Assembly: GCA_036339465.1 (NCBI GenBank)
Contig: JAYZAY010000014.1
Coordinates: 1-37,862 of the forward strand
DNA: 37,862 bases
DNA from: Myxococcota bacterium
GTDB taxonomy: Bacteria > Myxococcota > XYA12-FULL-58-9 > JABJBS01
Direction of reading: 5' to 3'
Each line of letters starts with the position of its first letter. Position 1 is the first letter of the stretch. Below the pieces are notes generated by a model, which searched no databases, was not told where the DNA came from, and worked only from the letters and a program-made list of their open reading frames with translations. Position numbers and translations under genes: made by a program. Shown piece by piece: positions 27,892 to 36,564 of this stretch.

Positions 27892-29091
27892 TCAAGTATC
27901 CTTGGATAGAAACAACCTCCTAAAAGCGCCTCTTGGAAACCGTCTTGTTTGCCTTATCCAAAAGCAAACAAATCCTCCCAACACGAGCAGCTCCACACCC
28001 GCCGTTCGTTGCGTGCTGCACCCATTGCCCCCCCCCTCACTTGCACCGGGTATGGCTTGGTTCATTGAAGTTCCTTGGTTGAGGGCTGCGATATTACAAG
28101 CTCCTTGGAGTGTGCAATTAACACCATCACCCGAAGATTCAGGCTCTGGAACACAGCCCGCTTCATTGGCAGCACACTCATTTACATTAACACAATCCCC
28201 ACGGCTTTCGTTGTAGACACCCCCTTGCCCGCAATCTTCTCTACCACTTTCCTCAAGAGACTCTTGGCTCCAAACTTCTTCGATCCACCGACGGTAGCCA
28301 TGCACTCGCGTATAAACGCCCACTTCCCCTGCCTCAGCACACTCTCCGGTGCCAAAACTTGTAATTCCAATGAGGTGTACTTCCTCGCCGCGCCTCCAGA
28401 TAAGAGGCCCCCCGCTGTCACCCACGCAACTGTCAATTCCCCCCTGCTCATAGGCAGCACAAAGCATCCAGTCCGAAAAGATGTCCGCACCCTCCAACTC
28501 ACAACCAGCATCACTGAGCAGGGGCAACTCGGCTTGTTGAAGCACCGAGGAATACTCTGACATATAACCCGCAGACAAGGCCCCCCATCCCAACACAATC
28601 CCACGGACCCCTTCCACAGCAACTTGTGCAAATTCATCCATAAGCAACACTTGTTTGGTGGATGGTTCCTTCAAGTGAATAAGCGCGATGTCGTGAAGGT
28701 CGAATCGACGATTGTAATCTGGGTGCCGAATAAATTGAGTCGCCTCCCGCTCCTCTGCCGGCTCTAATCCCACGTAGTTTTCATTTGACAGATGGTTGAG
28801 GTCATAAACACCGATCAACACCGTCACGTCTTCCGGAGCCATCCGTCCCAGGCAATGTGCCGCCGTCACAACCCAGCTTGGTGCTATCAATGTTCCACCA
28901 CAGAAAACACCCATCTCGTCCTTAAGCCCCACCATAAAGGGCCAGGCCCCAATTTCCGCCTCATTTCCACCCACAATCGCCGTCGTTTTTGCGCGTTTCG
29001 CAGTGATGATGGAGTATTTCTCTTGATCGCCACAGGCATTGAGAAATAGCCACGCCAGTAAAAAATGGAATAGTTTGGTGCCCCTACCCAC
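27892..29091 (-). CDS. Trypsin-like S1 serine protease with a lipobox, an EGF-like module and a MYXO-CTERM-like tail
   Basis: Start reassigned to GTG 29091 (GGGAGG RBS). LNAC lipobox, IVGG, TAAHC, DIAL, DSCVGDSGGP, CVNVNECA, and GGNGCS followed by a hydrophobic stretch and RQTRR. Confidence 0.92.
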   Translation of the reverse strand: MGRGTKLFHFLLAWLFLNACGDQEKYSIITAKRAKTTAIVGGNEAEIGAWPFMVGLKDEMGVFCGGTLIAPSWVVTAAHCLGRMAPEDVTVLIGVYDLNHLSNENYVGLEPAEEREATQFIRHPDYNRRFDLHDIALIHLKEPSTKQVLLMDEFAQVAVEGVRGIVLGWGALSAGYMSEYSSVLQQAELPLLSDAGCELEGADIFSDWMLCAAYEQGGIDSCVGDSGGPLIWRRGEEVHLIGITSFGTGECAEAGEVGVYTRVHGYRRWIEEVWSQESLEESGREDCGQGGVYNESRGDCVNVNECAANEAGCVPEPESSGDGVNCTLQGACNIAALNQGTSMNQAIPGASEGGGNGCSTQRTAGVELLVLGGFVCFWIRQTRRFPRGAFRRLFLSKDT

Positions 29092-29684
29092 TGCCCCCTC
29101 CCTAAAACAAAAGATGAACCACACCCATTGAGATGACGTAACCCCGCGCAACCAATCCACAACGGATACCCCATCCCTTGGAGTTCTTGCGACCTACCCT
29201 TGTAGCCTAAGTGGCTTAATCAAATCAACCAGCCACATGTAAACGAAGGTTCTTCCACAAACACACTCCAATAATGGCAGAAATCAAAGCGCAGACCGGC
29301 CCAAATTCATTGTTAAATCCACCGTTCGCAGTGGGCAACATATGTGCAAACAATATTATCACAGTGTGTTTTAAGCCTAGTTTTCTCTTCTTTCACTTCC
29401 AGAAGGCCGTCACGTAAACCACCAAAACCCCTCCCCAAATAAGTATGTATCGGAATGACTACCAGCAAGACAGCCAAAACCATCGACCGTGTTCCGAAAA
29501 CGGGAATACACAAAAACTCATCGCGACTGTAACGCCACAACGACGAAGAGTCGGCAGGCTCATTCTATAAAACAACCCATCTCAGACACGGGCCTGAACC
29601 TGCAATCTCAATTCGACAAGTCGCTGGATGGGGTCGTTGCGACTCCACAGATGGCTGCTATCTCTCATATCGATGGAAGAACCA

Positions 29685-30992
29685 TCAATACTTCCGAATC
29701 TTCAAGCTTCGAAAGACGATAGAAAATAGCACCGCCACACTGCCCAATACGACGGTTTGGACATCGATGAAGAAGGACAGAAAAAAACATCCCGAAAACC
29801 CCACCCATGCCACCCACCGTGGATAGAGTCGCGCTTCGACTGGCATTCTTAAGGCGGCAAGATTGGTGATACCATAATAAATGAGCACGCAGAATGCACT
29901 CAATGACCAGGTCATTTTGATATCACCTAAGCTTACCAATGCTGCAATGAAAAAGCCCACTGTCAGTACGGCTCGCTTTGGGCTCTCACCTGAGGGTGTA
30001 ATTCTGGAAAGAGAGCGAGGCATTTCTCCCCTTCGTGCCATCGCCAACAAAACGCGTGAGAGCCCGAGGACAAGATTTAGAAAAACGCCCGCCATGGCTG
30101 CGATAGCGCCCGCCGCAACGATCAGCGCAACTCCGCCCTGGCCTAGAGAACGGGCCACTTGCTCGAGAGGTGCGTGCCCACTTTGTCCGGCATCTGCAAA
30201 GTTGGCTGGTCCAACTGAGGCGACGGAAACAGTTACCACCGAAATATAGATCGCCATCGACACAAAGAGCGTCACCACAATGGCTCGGGGAATTGTTTTT
30301 TTGGGCTCGCTCACCTCTTCACCCAGAGTCGCGATGCGGCCGTAACCAGCATAAGCCACAAATGCCAGGGCCGTTGCATGCATTATCGAAGAAGGCCCCA
30401 CTGGGTTGTCCTTCAAAACCTGAAACGTTAAATAGGAGCTTACGTCCTGGAAGTTAAGAGCGTGGATACCCGCCACCACAAAAATGCCGAGGGCTCCGAG
30501 CGTCATGGCAACAATGATAACATTAACAGCACTTGAACGACGCAGGCCACCCGCGGCCAGAACCGTCATGCCCACGACCACCACAAGAGCGATGCTCCGA
30601 GGCGAAGACAATGCGCCCTTCATGCCAAATCCGTGAATAAGATAGGCGGCGAGTCCCTGGGCTGCGGTGGCAGCAGAGGCACCCTTCGCCATTAGAAACA
30701 TCCAACCGGCAACGCAACCGGCAACGGGGTGCAGGTATTTATGCCCATATTCGTAGGTGCCCCCACTCACTGGGTGGGCAGCAGCAAGCTGGGCACTTGA
30801 GAGCCCATTGCACGCCGCCAGAATACCCGCAAGTGCAACCGCAACTGGAGCCCAGGCTCCCGCCACATCAGTAACCATAGCGAGGCTGACAAACACCCCG
30901 GTACCCAAAATCGAGCCAAGCCCAAGGCCAACTGCCCCAAAGAGACCAATGACACGATGTAATGATTCCTGGGATTTTGCAGAGGTTTCCAA
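29685..30992 (-). CDS. APC-family amino acid permease
   Basis: Probable TTG start at 30992 (AAGGGA RBS). LGSILGTGVF, HPVSGGTYEY, FVAYAGYGRIATLGEEV.EPKKTIPRAI, SRVLLAMARRG. Confidence 0.93.
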   Translation of the reverse strand: METSAKSQESLHRVIGLFGAVGLGLGSILGTGVFVSLAMVTDVAGAWAPVAVALAGILAACNGLSSAQLAAAHPVSGGTYEYGHKYLHPVAGCVAGWMFLMAKGASAATAAQGLAAYLIHGFGMKGALSSPRSIALVVVVGMTVLAAGGLRRSSAVNVIIVAMTLGALGIFVVAGIHALNFQDVSSYLTFQVLKDNPVGPSSIMHATALAFVAYAGYGRIATLGEEVSEPKKTIPRAIVVTLFVSMAIYISVVTVSVASVGPANFADAGQSGHAPLEQVARSLGQGGVALIVAAGAIAAMAGVFLNLVLGLSRVLLAMARRGEMPRSLSRITPSGESPKRAVLTVGFFIAALVSLGDIKMTWSLSAFCVLIYYGITNLAALRMPVEARLYPRWVAWVGFSGCFFLSFFIDVQTVVLGSVAVLFSIVFRSLKIRKY

Positions 30993-32337
30993 CCAAGGTC
31001 CCTTGTTTGCGCTGATTGCAATCTCTCGTAGATGGATGAGGAATGCAACACGCAAAATCCGCAACTTCAAAGGCACAACAACAACGACCTACAACACCTA
31101 AACCCTAAATTGACCACAAGCATAGGGGGGATCTAATCCACCTGCCCAACCTACCGCTCCCCACATGTTCGGCACACCATATCACCGAATCCGTGGGTTA
31201 TCGCCGCGGCGATTTTCTCGCCCACGTGTGACGCAAGCCCTTCTATACAAATACGCCAAATAATGGTGGCATTACTAAGACCAGTAGCCCTCTCACAATG
31301 CGACACTCTAGCACCACGAAAGTCTCAACCGATTTCATACTCGATAGCTTGCCCTCACGTGCCTTTGTCGGCCAAAGGTCCCGAAGGGAACAACCATCCA
31401 TTCTAACCTCAACCCATAGGAGTATCTAAACCGGTGCACTGAAGTTGCGGTAGCCCTAGCAGACAACAAGGCCGAAAAAAATACACCGGGCCGTTAGGCT
31501 AACCGTTAAGAGTGCCCTCTTCCTATAAGCCAGCCACACCACCCAAACAAGAGAGGGACTCTACTCGGTCATTTCCATCTTCGAAATGGATTAAGACAAC
31601 CCTTCCGCCAACGTTGATGACGTGCGTTTCCAAACAGAGAATTACTCAGCATCGAAGCTTGAGGCGTGAGAGTACACCTTACCAACTCCCCCCAAAAAAA
31701 CCGCCCAGGAACCATCCTCAAATGGCGTTGACTTGGTAGACTTTCAAACGTCCATCGCTGGATTGAGTCAAAACGAACATTTCGAGATTCTGTAGGCTCA
31801 TATGGACCAACTTTATTGAGTTGTAGCAAAATGCCAATCTTTACAAATTCAAAAACAGATGCCTCGAGCTTCTGACGGCCTATTGTTTCGCCCGCCTGTC
31901 GTCGGTCTGGAGTTATGCTGTTTTCATCGCGGCAAACTCAAAGTTTCCTCCTCATCTTCTGAGTTGGTATCCGCTCCGATTTGGGATATCGACACCCTGC
32001 ACCTCGAGCACCATCGTTAATACATTAATCATCTCGGGTCTGTCTTGAATCGTTAACTTTATCCGCTTCTCCAGGACCGAAAAACTTGTGTCTATTCTGA
32101 CTGATACTTAATCGGCACCTATTAAAGAGAGCAATAGGCGCAGCGCGGGGAGGAGGGGCTTGATTTTATCTAGCCAGAGGCGGAGGATTCTAGACTCTAA
32201 ATTCTACAGACTCAGACATTTTGGTGAGGCGTGACCCCTCATGGTCTGAACTTATTGCGCACGACGAAATGAGATAAACTTGGTTGATACTGGTTCGATG
32301 TAGTCGTCGGATGGAAAAACCATCGCATTGTAAAATA

Positions 32338-32691
32338 TCATCGTGATGGGAACATTCTGCAAGAATTCTTTTTGGCCCATTCCTTCAGCTCCGGAACCTT
32401 GGACCTTGCGGGATCAAACCAATGGGCCTTCACTGTCTTTTCCACTCTTAGGGTTGGCGTCCTGCGTGTGTAAACCTCGGCGCCCCATGCCAACAAGGTG
32501 TTGTCGTTTTCTGTGAAATAGTCCACATGATGCGTACCGGTAACAATCTCTGTTTTTCCATCGCGAGCAACACAGGTATAATCCGTTTTGATATCGGTGC
32601 TTTTGCGAAAACCATTAAAGATACTCCGCCCGGAGAATCCATTGGGGTACTCTTTGCTAAATAAGTCTGCCTTGCATTTACATCTCATCAT
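32338..32691 (-). CDS. Hypothetical protein
   Basis: 117-aa ORF with an AAAGG RBS-like site; no family recognised. Confidence 0.4.
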   Translation of the reverse strand: MMRCKCKADLFSKEYPNGFSGRSIFNGFRKSTDIKTDYTCVARDGKTEIVTGTHHVDYFTENDNTLLAWGAEVYTRRTPTLRVEKTVKAHWFDPARSKVPELKEWAKKNSCRMFPSR

Positions 32692-33478
32692 AAGAACCTT
32701 TTTCTATTCGTGGTGTTGGTCTTGTTAATCCGCTATATGCTCTATGGACTTGGATGCTCCGATTATCGCAATAACCAACCACGAGTTGCGCTATAATCGA
32801 CCCTTCTTGCAAAGTAGTCCCGTATTCTCGGGTGTTCCCTCAAAGACACAAAATTGATGATTTTGTGACAACAGTGGCATTCTCCAACAAAACCAATCAT
32901 CGGTTTCAGAAAAATGCCCAAAAAAAAGATGATGATGGTCATGTGGTGGCAGGTGAAACTGTTTTTGGCATGGATTCGATTCGGTATGGGTTCGATTCGG
33001 CGTGGGTTCACTTTGCCACATGATTGCCCTAATAGGGTGCGTCCAAGAAGCTTAGCCTTAGCAACAAGGTCTCGGCGCTGCTTGTCTGTGTAACGGATTG
33101 TTTTTCGGTTTTGGGTGCTCCTTGAGGATGCTATTGTCGGCCAGGAGGTATTGGATAATTTATTGCTAATCTCGATTCAGCCAGCCGGCCAAGGCTATTA
33201 AGAACAGCTGCCTGGATTTGAGTTATGGCGTTGATGCTACCCAAATATCATCCTCCCCTGTGATTTGAGGTGTTTTGAGGTGTTTTAAGGAGACCAATAT
33301 CGAGGAGACCAATTTAACGGGATTTTAAGGTCGTTTGTATTTTTGGATAGGACGAGGTTGGCTTGACAGTTTAACGGGCTTAGATAGGATGAACGCAGAG
33401 GCCTTTTCGATAATGATTAAACTTGGTAGAGGGTGCCCATCACGACTATCCTCATTCCCACAACCCGAAAACTGCATT

Positions 33479-33673
33479 TCATTTTGGACTTACGCAAGCC
33501 AAGTCCCATAATGCACTGTATTGGCGCTCAAGCTCAGGAACCGTCTCAAATATTCCGACGAAAACATTAACGCCAATCAAGACAAGAATCGCAAGATTGA
33601 CGGTCTCACCCACTTTGTCGCCGGGCGGCGGCTCAGCAACAATTTCATAAACCCGTTTCTTAAATGAACTCAT
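33479..33673 (-). pseudogene. Truncated ion transporter (voltage-gated K+ channel-like) N-terminus
   Basis: GAGGGAG RBS. KKRVYEIV....GDKVG..VNLAILVLIGVNVFVGIFETVPEL matches helix S1 of bacterial Kv-like channels; the frame stops after 64 aa. Confidence 0.7.
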
Positions 33674-33818
33674 CTAAATCTCCCTCGCAAGGATCCCGGG
33701 CGGGCCTGTCTTGGGCCGTGAATTTCTTGACCGGTATAAACCCAGCAGTCAATTTCTTCCGGGGGTGTCCCACCGCTATTGAATCAATAGATAGAGCAGA
33801 AAACAAGCCAGGCTATTG

Positions 33819-34135
33819 GGTTCTATCGCAAACTCGGTAGGACCAATGACAACGGCTAAATTTCTGCAGGCAATCTTCAGGCCGTCATTTCCCGAAAGAT
33901 GTCATCCTTACAACTATTCGGCGGTATCAAAGAGACAAGCGAAGTTATCACGATATTGAAGGGCTTATTGCCGAACGTGGTATCGATGTCGACCATTCAC
34001 CGATTAATCGGTGGGTTGTGAAATATGCGCCTCTCTGGGTAACGACGGCCCACAATGACAAACGACGCGTTGGTGTTCGTTGGCGCTTCGATGAGACTTA
34101 GATCAAAGTTCACGGTGAGTGGAAATACGTAACCG
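33819..34135 (+). mobile_element. IS6-family remnant (left IR plus broken transposase N-terminus); not in the ORF track
   Basis: IR-like GGTTCTATCGCAAA at 33819. GRHFPKDVIL..IRRY....SYHDIEGLIAERGIDVDHSPINRWVVKYAP....WRFDET*IKVHGEWKY, with a frameshift near 33879 and TAG at 34099-34101. Confidence 0.92.
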
Positions 34136-34224
34136 GCCAGCCAAGGCCGTCTCGCCGTTCTCTGATGTCATTCCTCCACTCGCCAAGGGCTCGGTCGGAT
34201 GCGATTCTCCGCCTCCTCCCCTAC

Positions 34225-34242
34225 CCCCTCCCAAGGGAGGGG
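34225..34242. repeat. GC-rich REP-like palindrome
   Basis: CCCCTCC-CAAG-GGAGGGG. No T-tract follows it on either strand, so it is not a canonical intrinsic terminator. Confidence 0.6.
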
Positions 34243-34274
34243 AAAAAATTAGAAGGCAGAAATTAGAAGCATGT

Positions 34275-36536
34275 CTACTGGGCGCAACGAAAACCGTAGG
34301 GGGTCCACCCGCTATTGGGTTTATTACCTGTGCGATAAAAGGGTTTTAGGTAATCACCCGAACCAAACATCATGGACCCGCCCCGTTGCACACGCGAGGT
34401 ATTGCTCGAATTTAACCAAGAATCTGTCCACTCAGTCACATTTCCGGCCATACCATAAGCGCCATAGGGGCTTGCGCTATCCACCGTCTGTCTTCCATCC
34501 GCTAATGTGTTTACACCATCAAAAAAATCAACCGGCGTGAACCCCCCGAATTGGCTTACAGAATGATTACTCCGAGTTCCATCAGGGTCATCCTCCCACC
34601 ACGGATAGGTTCTGCCGTCGGTTCCTCGCGCCGCTTTTTCCCACTCGTATTCCGTGGGCAAGCGCTTGCCTTTCCAGACGCAATAAGTCCTTGCCTCAAA
34701 GTAATTAACGTCATTCATCGGATGGTCGTCTAGGTTATTAACGATGGTATGAGCCTCGATGTAGCCACATATTCCAGCATCAACACACTCCTTGTACTCC
34801 CCGGCGGTTACCTCGTATTTGTCGATAGCAAATTGGTCTAAGTTTTTGACGCCGGTCCAATTGTCGCCATTCGCAGGTGGTCCATATTTGAAGTCCCCCG
34901 CAGAGACCAAAACCATTCCAGAGGGAGGCGGGGCAGCATCGGCACAAGAACTCCCCGTCCATGTTACCTTGCAGGTGCAAACGCCATTATCATCCACAGT
35001 CCCATTCCCTGAGCATGTCACTGCATCGGAATACTCACATCCTAACCCCCATCCTAACCCCGCAAAGCCAGGAGGACAGTTGGACTGGGCGCAACGAAAA
35101 CCGTTGTAGGGGGCGTGTGCGTGGGCCCCCTGTTGGCGCTCACTGCTCTGTGCCGCCACCAGGAACCAATTCTCTTGGCCATCCCCGCCCCGCAGCACAC
35201 GGTCGTCGGTTGATGATGTCTCGTTGGCATCCCACCAAGAAGCTGTCCACTCATACGTATTCCCTGCCATATCATAAGCGCCATAGGGGCTTGGGCTGTC
35301 CACCGTCGGTGTTCCATCCGCTAATGTGTTTATACCATCATAAAACCCAACCGGTGTGGTGTGCCCCCACCAAGTGGATTGGTCTTCAGAATCGGCGAGA
35401 AGATAATTAGCCCGAGGTGCATCAGGGCTCTCATCTCCCCACGGATACTTTCTGCCGTCGGTTCCCCGCGCCGCTTTTTCCCACTCGTGTTCCGTGGGCA
35501 AGCGCTTGCCTTTCCAGGCGCAATAAGTCTCTGCCTCACTCCAAGTAGTCCAAGTCATGGGATGGTCGTCTCTGGAACTTATAGCGTAGTTACACGAGTC
35601 CCGGAGGTCGCCTGCGGCGATACAGTCAAAATCGTAAACACATGTTCCAGCATCAACACATTCCTTGTACTGCGCCGCGGTTACCGGGTATTTGTCGATA
35701 GCAAATAGGTCTAAGCTTTCGACGCCGGTCCAATTCTCATCAATATCACTAGAAGGCTCTCCAAATCTGAAGTCCCCCGCAGGGACCGCGACCATTCCAG
35801 AGGGCATAGGAAAAAGACAAGAATCCCCCCCCCATCCCAACTCGCAGGTGCAAACTCCATTACCGTCGACAGTCCCATTCCCTGTGCATTCCACTGCATC
35901 AGAATAAATACATCCCGGGCCGGCGTAGCCAGCAGCACATGCAAAGGGTGTAAAATCAACCGCCGCGCCACTAATTGCCGCTATCGCATTCGCATTATCG
36001 GTCACGTCGGACGCGCTCGCGTAGTCCTGAGTCGTTACCCAGTTCTCGGTAGCATAGTCTGCTAAATCAGCCGCACTTAAATCATCACTCGTACTCTTAT
36101 CCCAGGTAGCGAACGCTGTGTTGTTGCCTATATCAAGCAGGTCGTCGGTATTAGCGGCGATATCAGCAGTATTAGCAGCTATATCAGTGGCATTGGTTTG
36201 AACATCCGCAGCTAAAGCGTATCCCGCAGCCGAAGCCACTGGGTCGGTCTCGGTGTAGCTTGTAAGGTATCCCGCAGTCGAAGCGACTGGGTCGGTCTCA
36301 GTGTAGCTTGTGAGATAACTGGGGGTACGTCTATCCACCCAATCAAAATCCAAATCATCGTAGTTGCTGTATATATCGCGCGCGACGGTTGAAAGGTTCG
36401 ATTCTAAATCAGAGACCTTGCTTAGGCTGAGTGTCTGGTCTGCACTTAGACCTGAGCCACCTAAAACGTCATCCGAAGCATTTTGGTCCCATCCGGTAAA
36501 GTCCGGAGGTGCGATTTGCCCAGATAATGAGGCACT
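34275..36536 (-). CDS. Surface protein with YTETDP repeats and two EGF + FGE-sulfatase (SUMF1/C-type lectin fold) units; apparently 5'-truncated
   Basis: Two copies of CxGNGTVDxNGVCTC..xW.G.SC followed by GMV.V.AGDF..G...FAIDKY.VT...KRLPTE.EWEKAARGTDGR.YPW...SPYGAY.MAGN..EWT...RGG...GFRCAQ. The frame stays open upstream of the called TTG (36353) to a TGA at 36539-36537 with no ATG. Confidence 0.85.
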   Translation of the reverse strand, partial: SASLSGQIAPPDFTGWDQNASDDVLGGSGLSADQTLSLSKVSDLESNLSTVARDIYSNYDDLDFDWVDRRTPSYLTSYTETDPVASTAGYLTSYTETDPVASAAGYALAADVQTNATDIAANTADIAANTDDLLDIGNNTAFATWDKSTSDDLSAADLADYATENWVTTQDYASASDVTDNANAIAAISGAAVDFTPFACAAGYAGPGCIYSDAVECTGNGTVDGNGVCTCELGWGGDSCLFPMPSGMVAVPAGDFRFGEPSSDIDENWTGVESLDLFAIDKYPVTAAQYKECVDAGTCVYDFDCIAAGDLRDSCNYAISSRDDHPMTWTTWSEAETYCAWKGKRLPTEHEWEKAARGTDGRKYPWGDESPDAPRANYLLADSEDQSTWWGHTTPVGFYDGINTLADGTPTVDSPSPYGAYDMAGNTYEWTASWWDANETSSTDDRVLRGGDGQENWFLVAAQSSERQQGAHAHAPYNGFRCAQSNCPPGFAGLGWGLGCEYSDAVTCSGNGTVDDNGVCTCKVTWTGSSCADAAPPPSGMVLVSAGDFKYGPPANGDNWTGVKNLDQFAIDKYEVTAGEYKECVDAGICGYIEAHTIVNNLDDHPMNDVNYFEARTYCVWKGKRLPTEYEWEKAARGTDGRTYPWWEDDPDGTRSNHSVSQFGGFTPVDFFDGVNTLADGRQTVDSASPYGAYGMAGNVTEWTDSWLNSSNTSRVQRGGSMMFGSGDYLKPFYRTGNKPNSGWTPYGFRCAQ
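36219..36317 (-). repeat. 48-bp coding tandem repeat (YLTSYTETDPVASxAG x2)
   Basis: Visible in both the translation and the nucleotide sequence. Confidence 0.9.
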
Positions 36537-36564
36537 TCATCGAATTGTGGGCACTGAGAAGGAT

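Noticed and set aside
31402..31499. Integron attC site (TCTAAC...GTTAGGC)
   Set aside because: The interior is not palindromic, and there is no cassette array or integron integrase.
34099..34101. TAG read-through (pyrrolysine or recoding) in the IS6 transposase
   Set aside because: It replaces a conserved Tyr codon by one substitution in an element that is also frameshifted and truncated.
31857..34274. Peptide echo GETIGRQKLEAS (minus strand, about 31860-31895) versus GEKIRRQKLEAC (plus strand, about 34238-34273)
   Set aside because: The second copy is read from a REP-like palindrome and a short tandem repeat in a spurious ORF; probably coincidence.
34225..35200. Active diversity-generating retroelement
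   Set aside because: No reverse transcriptase or template repeat in the window. The two variable regions differ at all codon positions and lack the NNC/NNT bias expected from adenine-specific mutagenesis of AAY codons.
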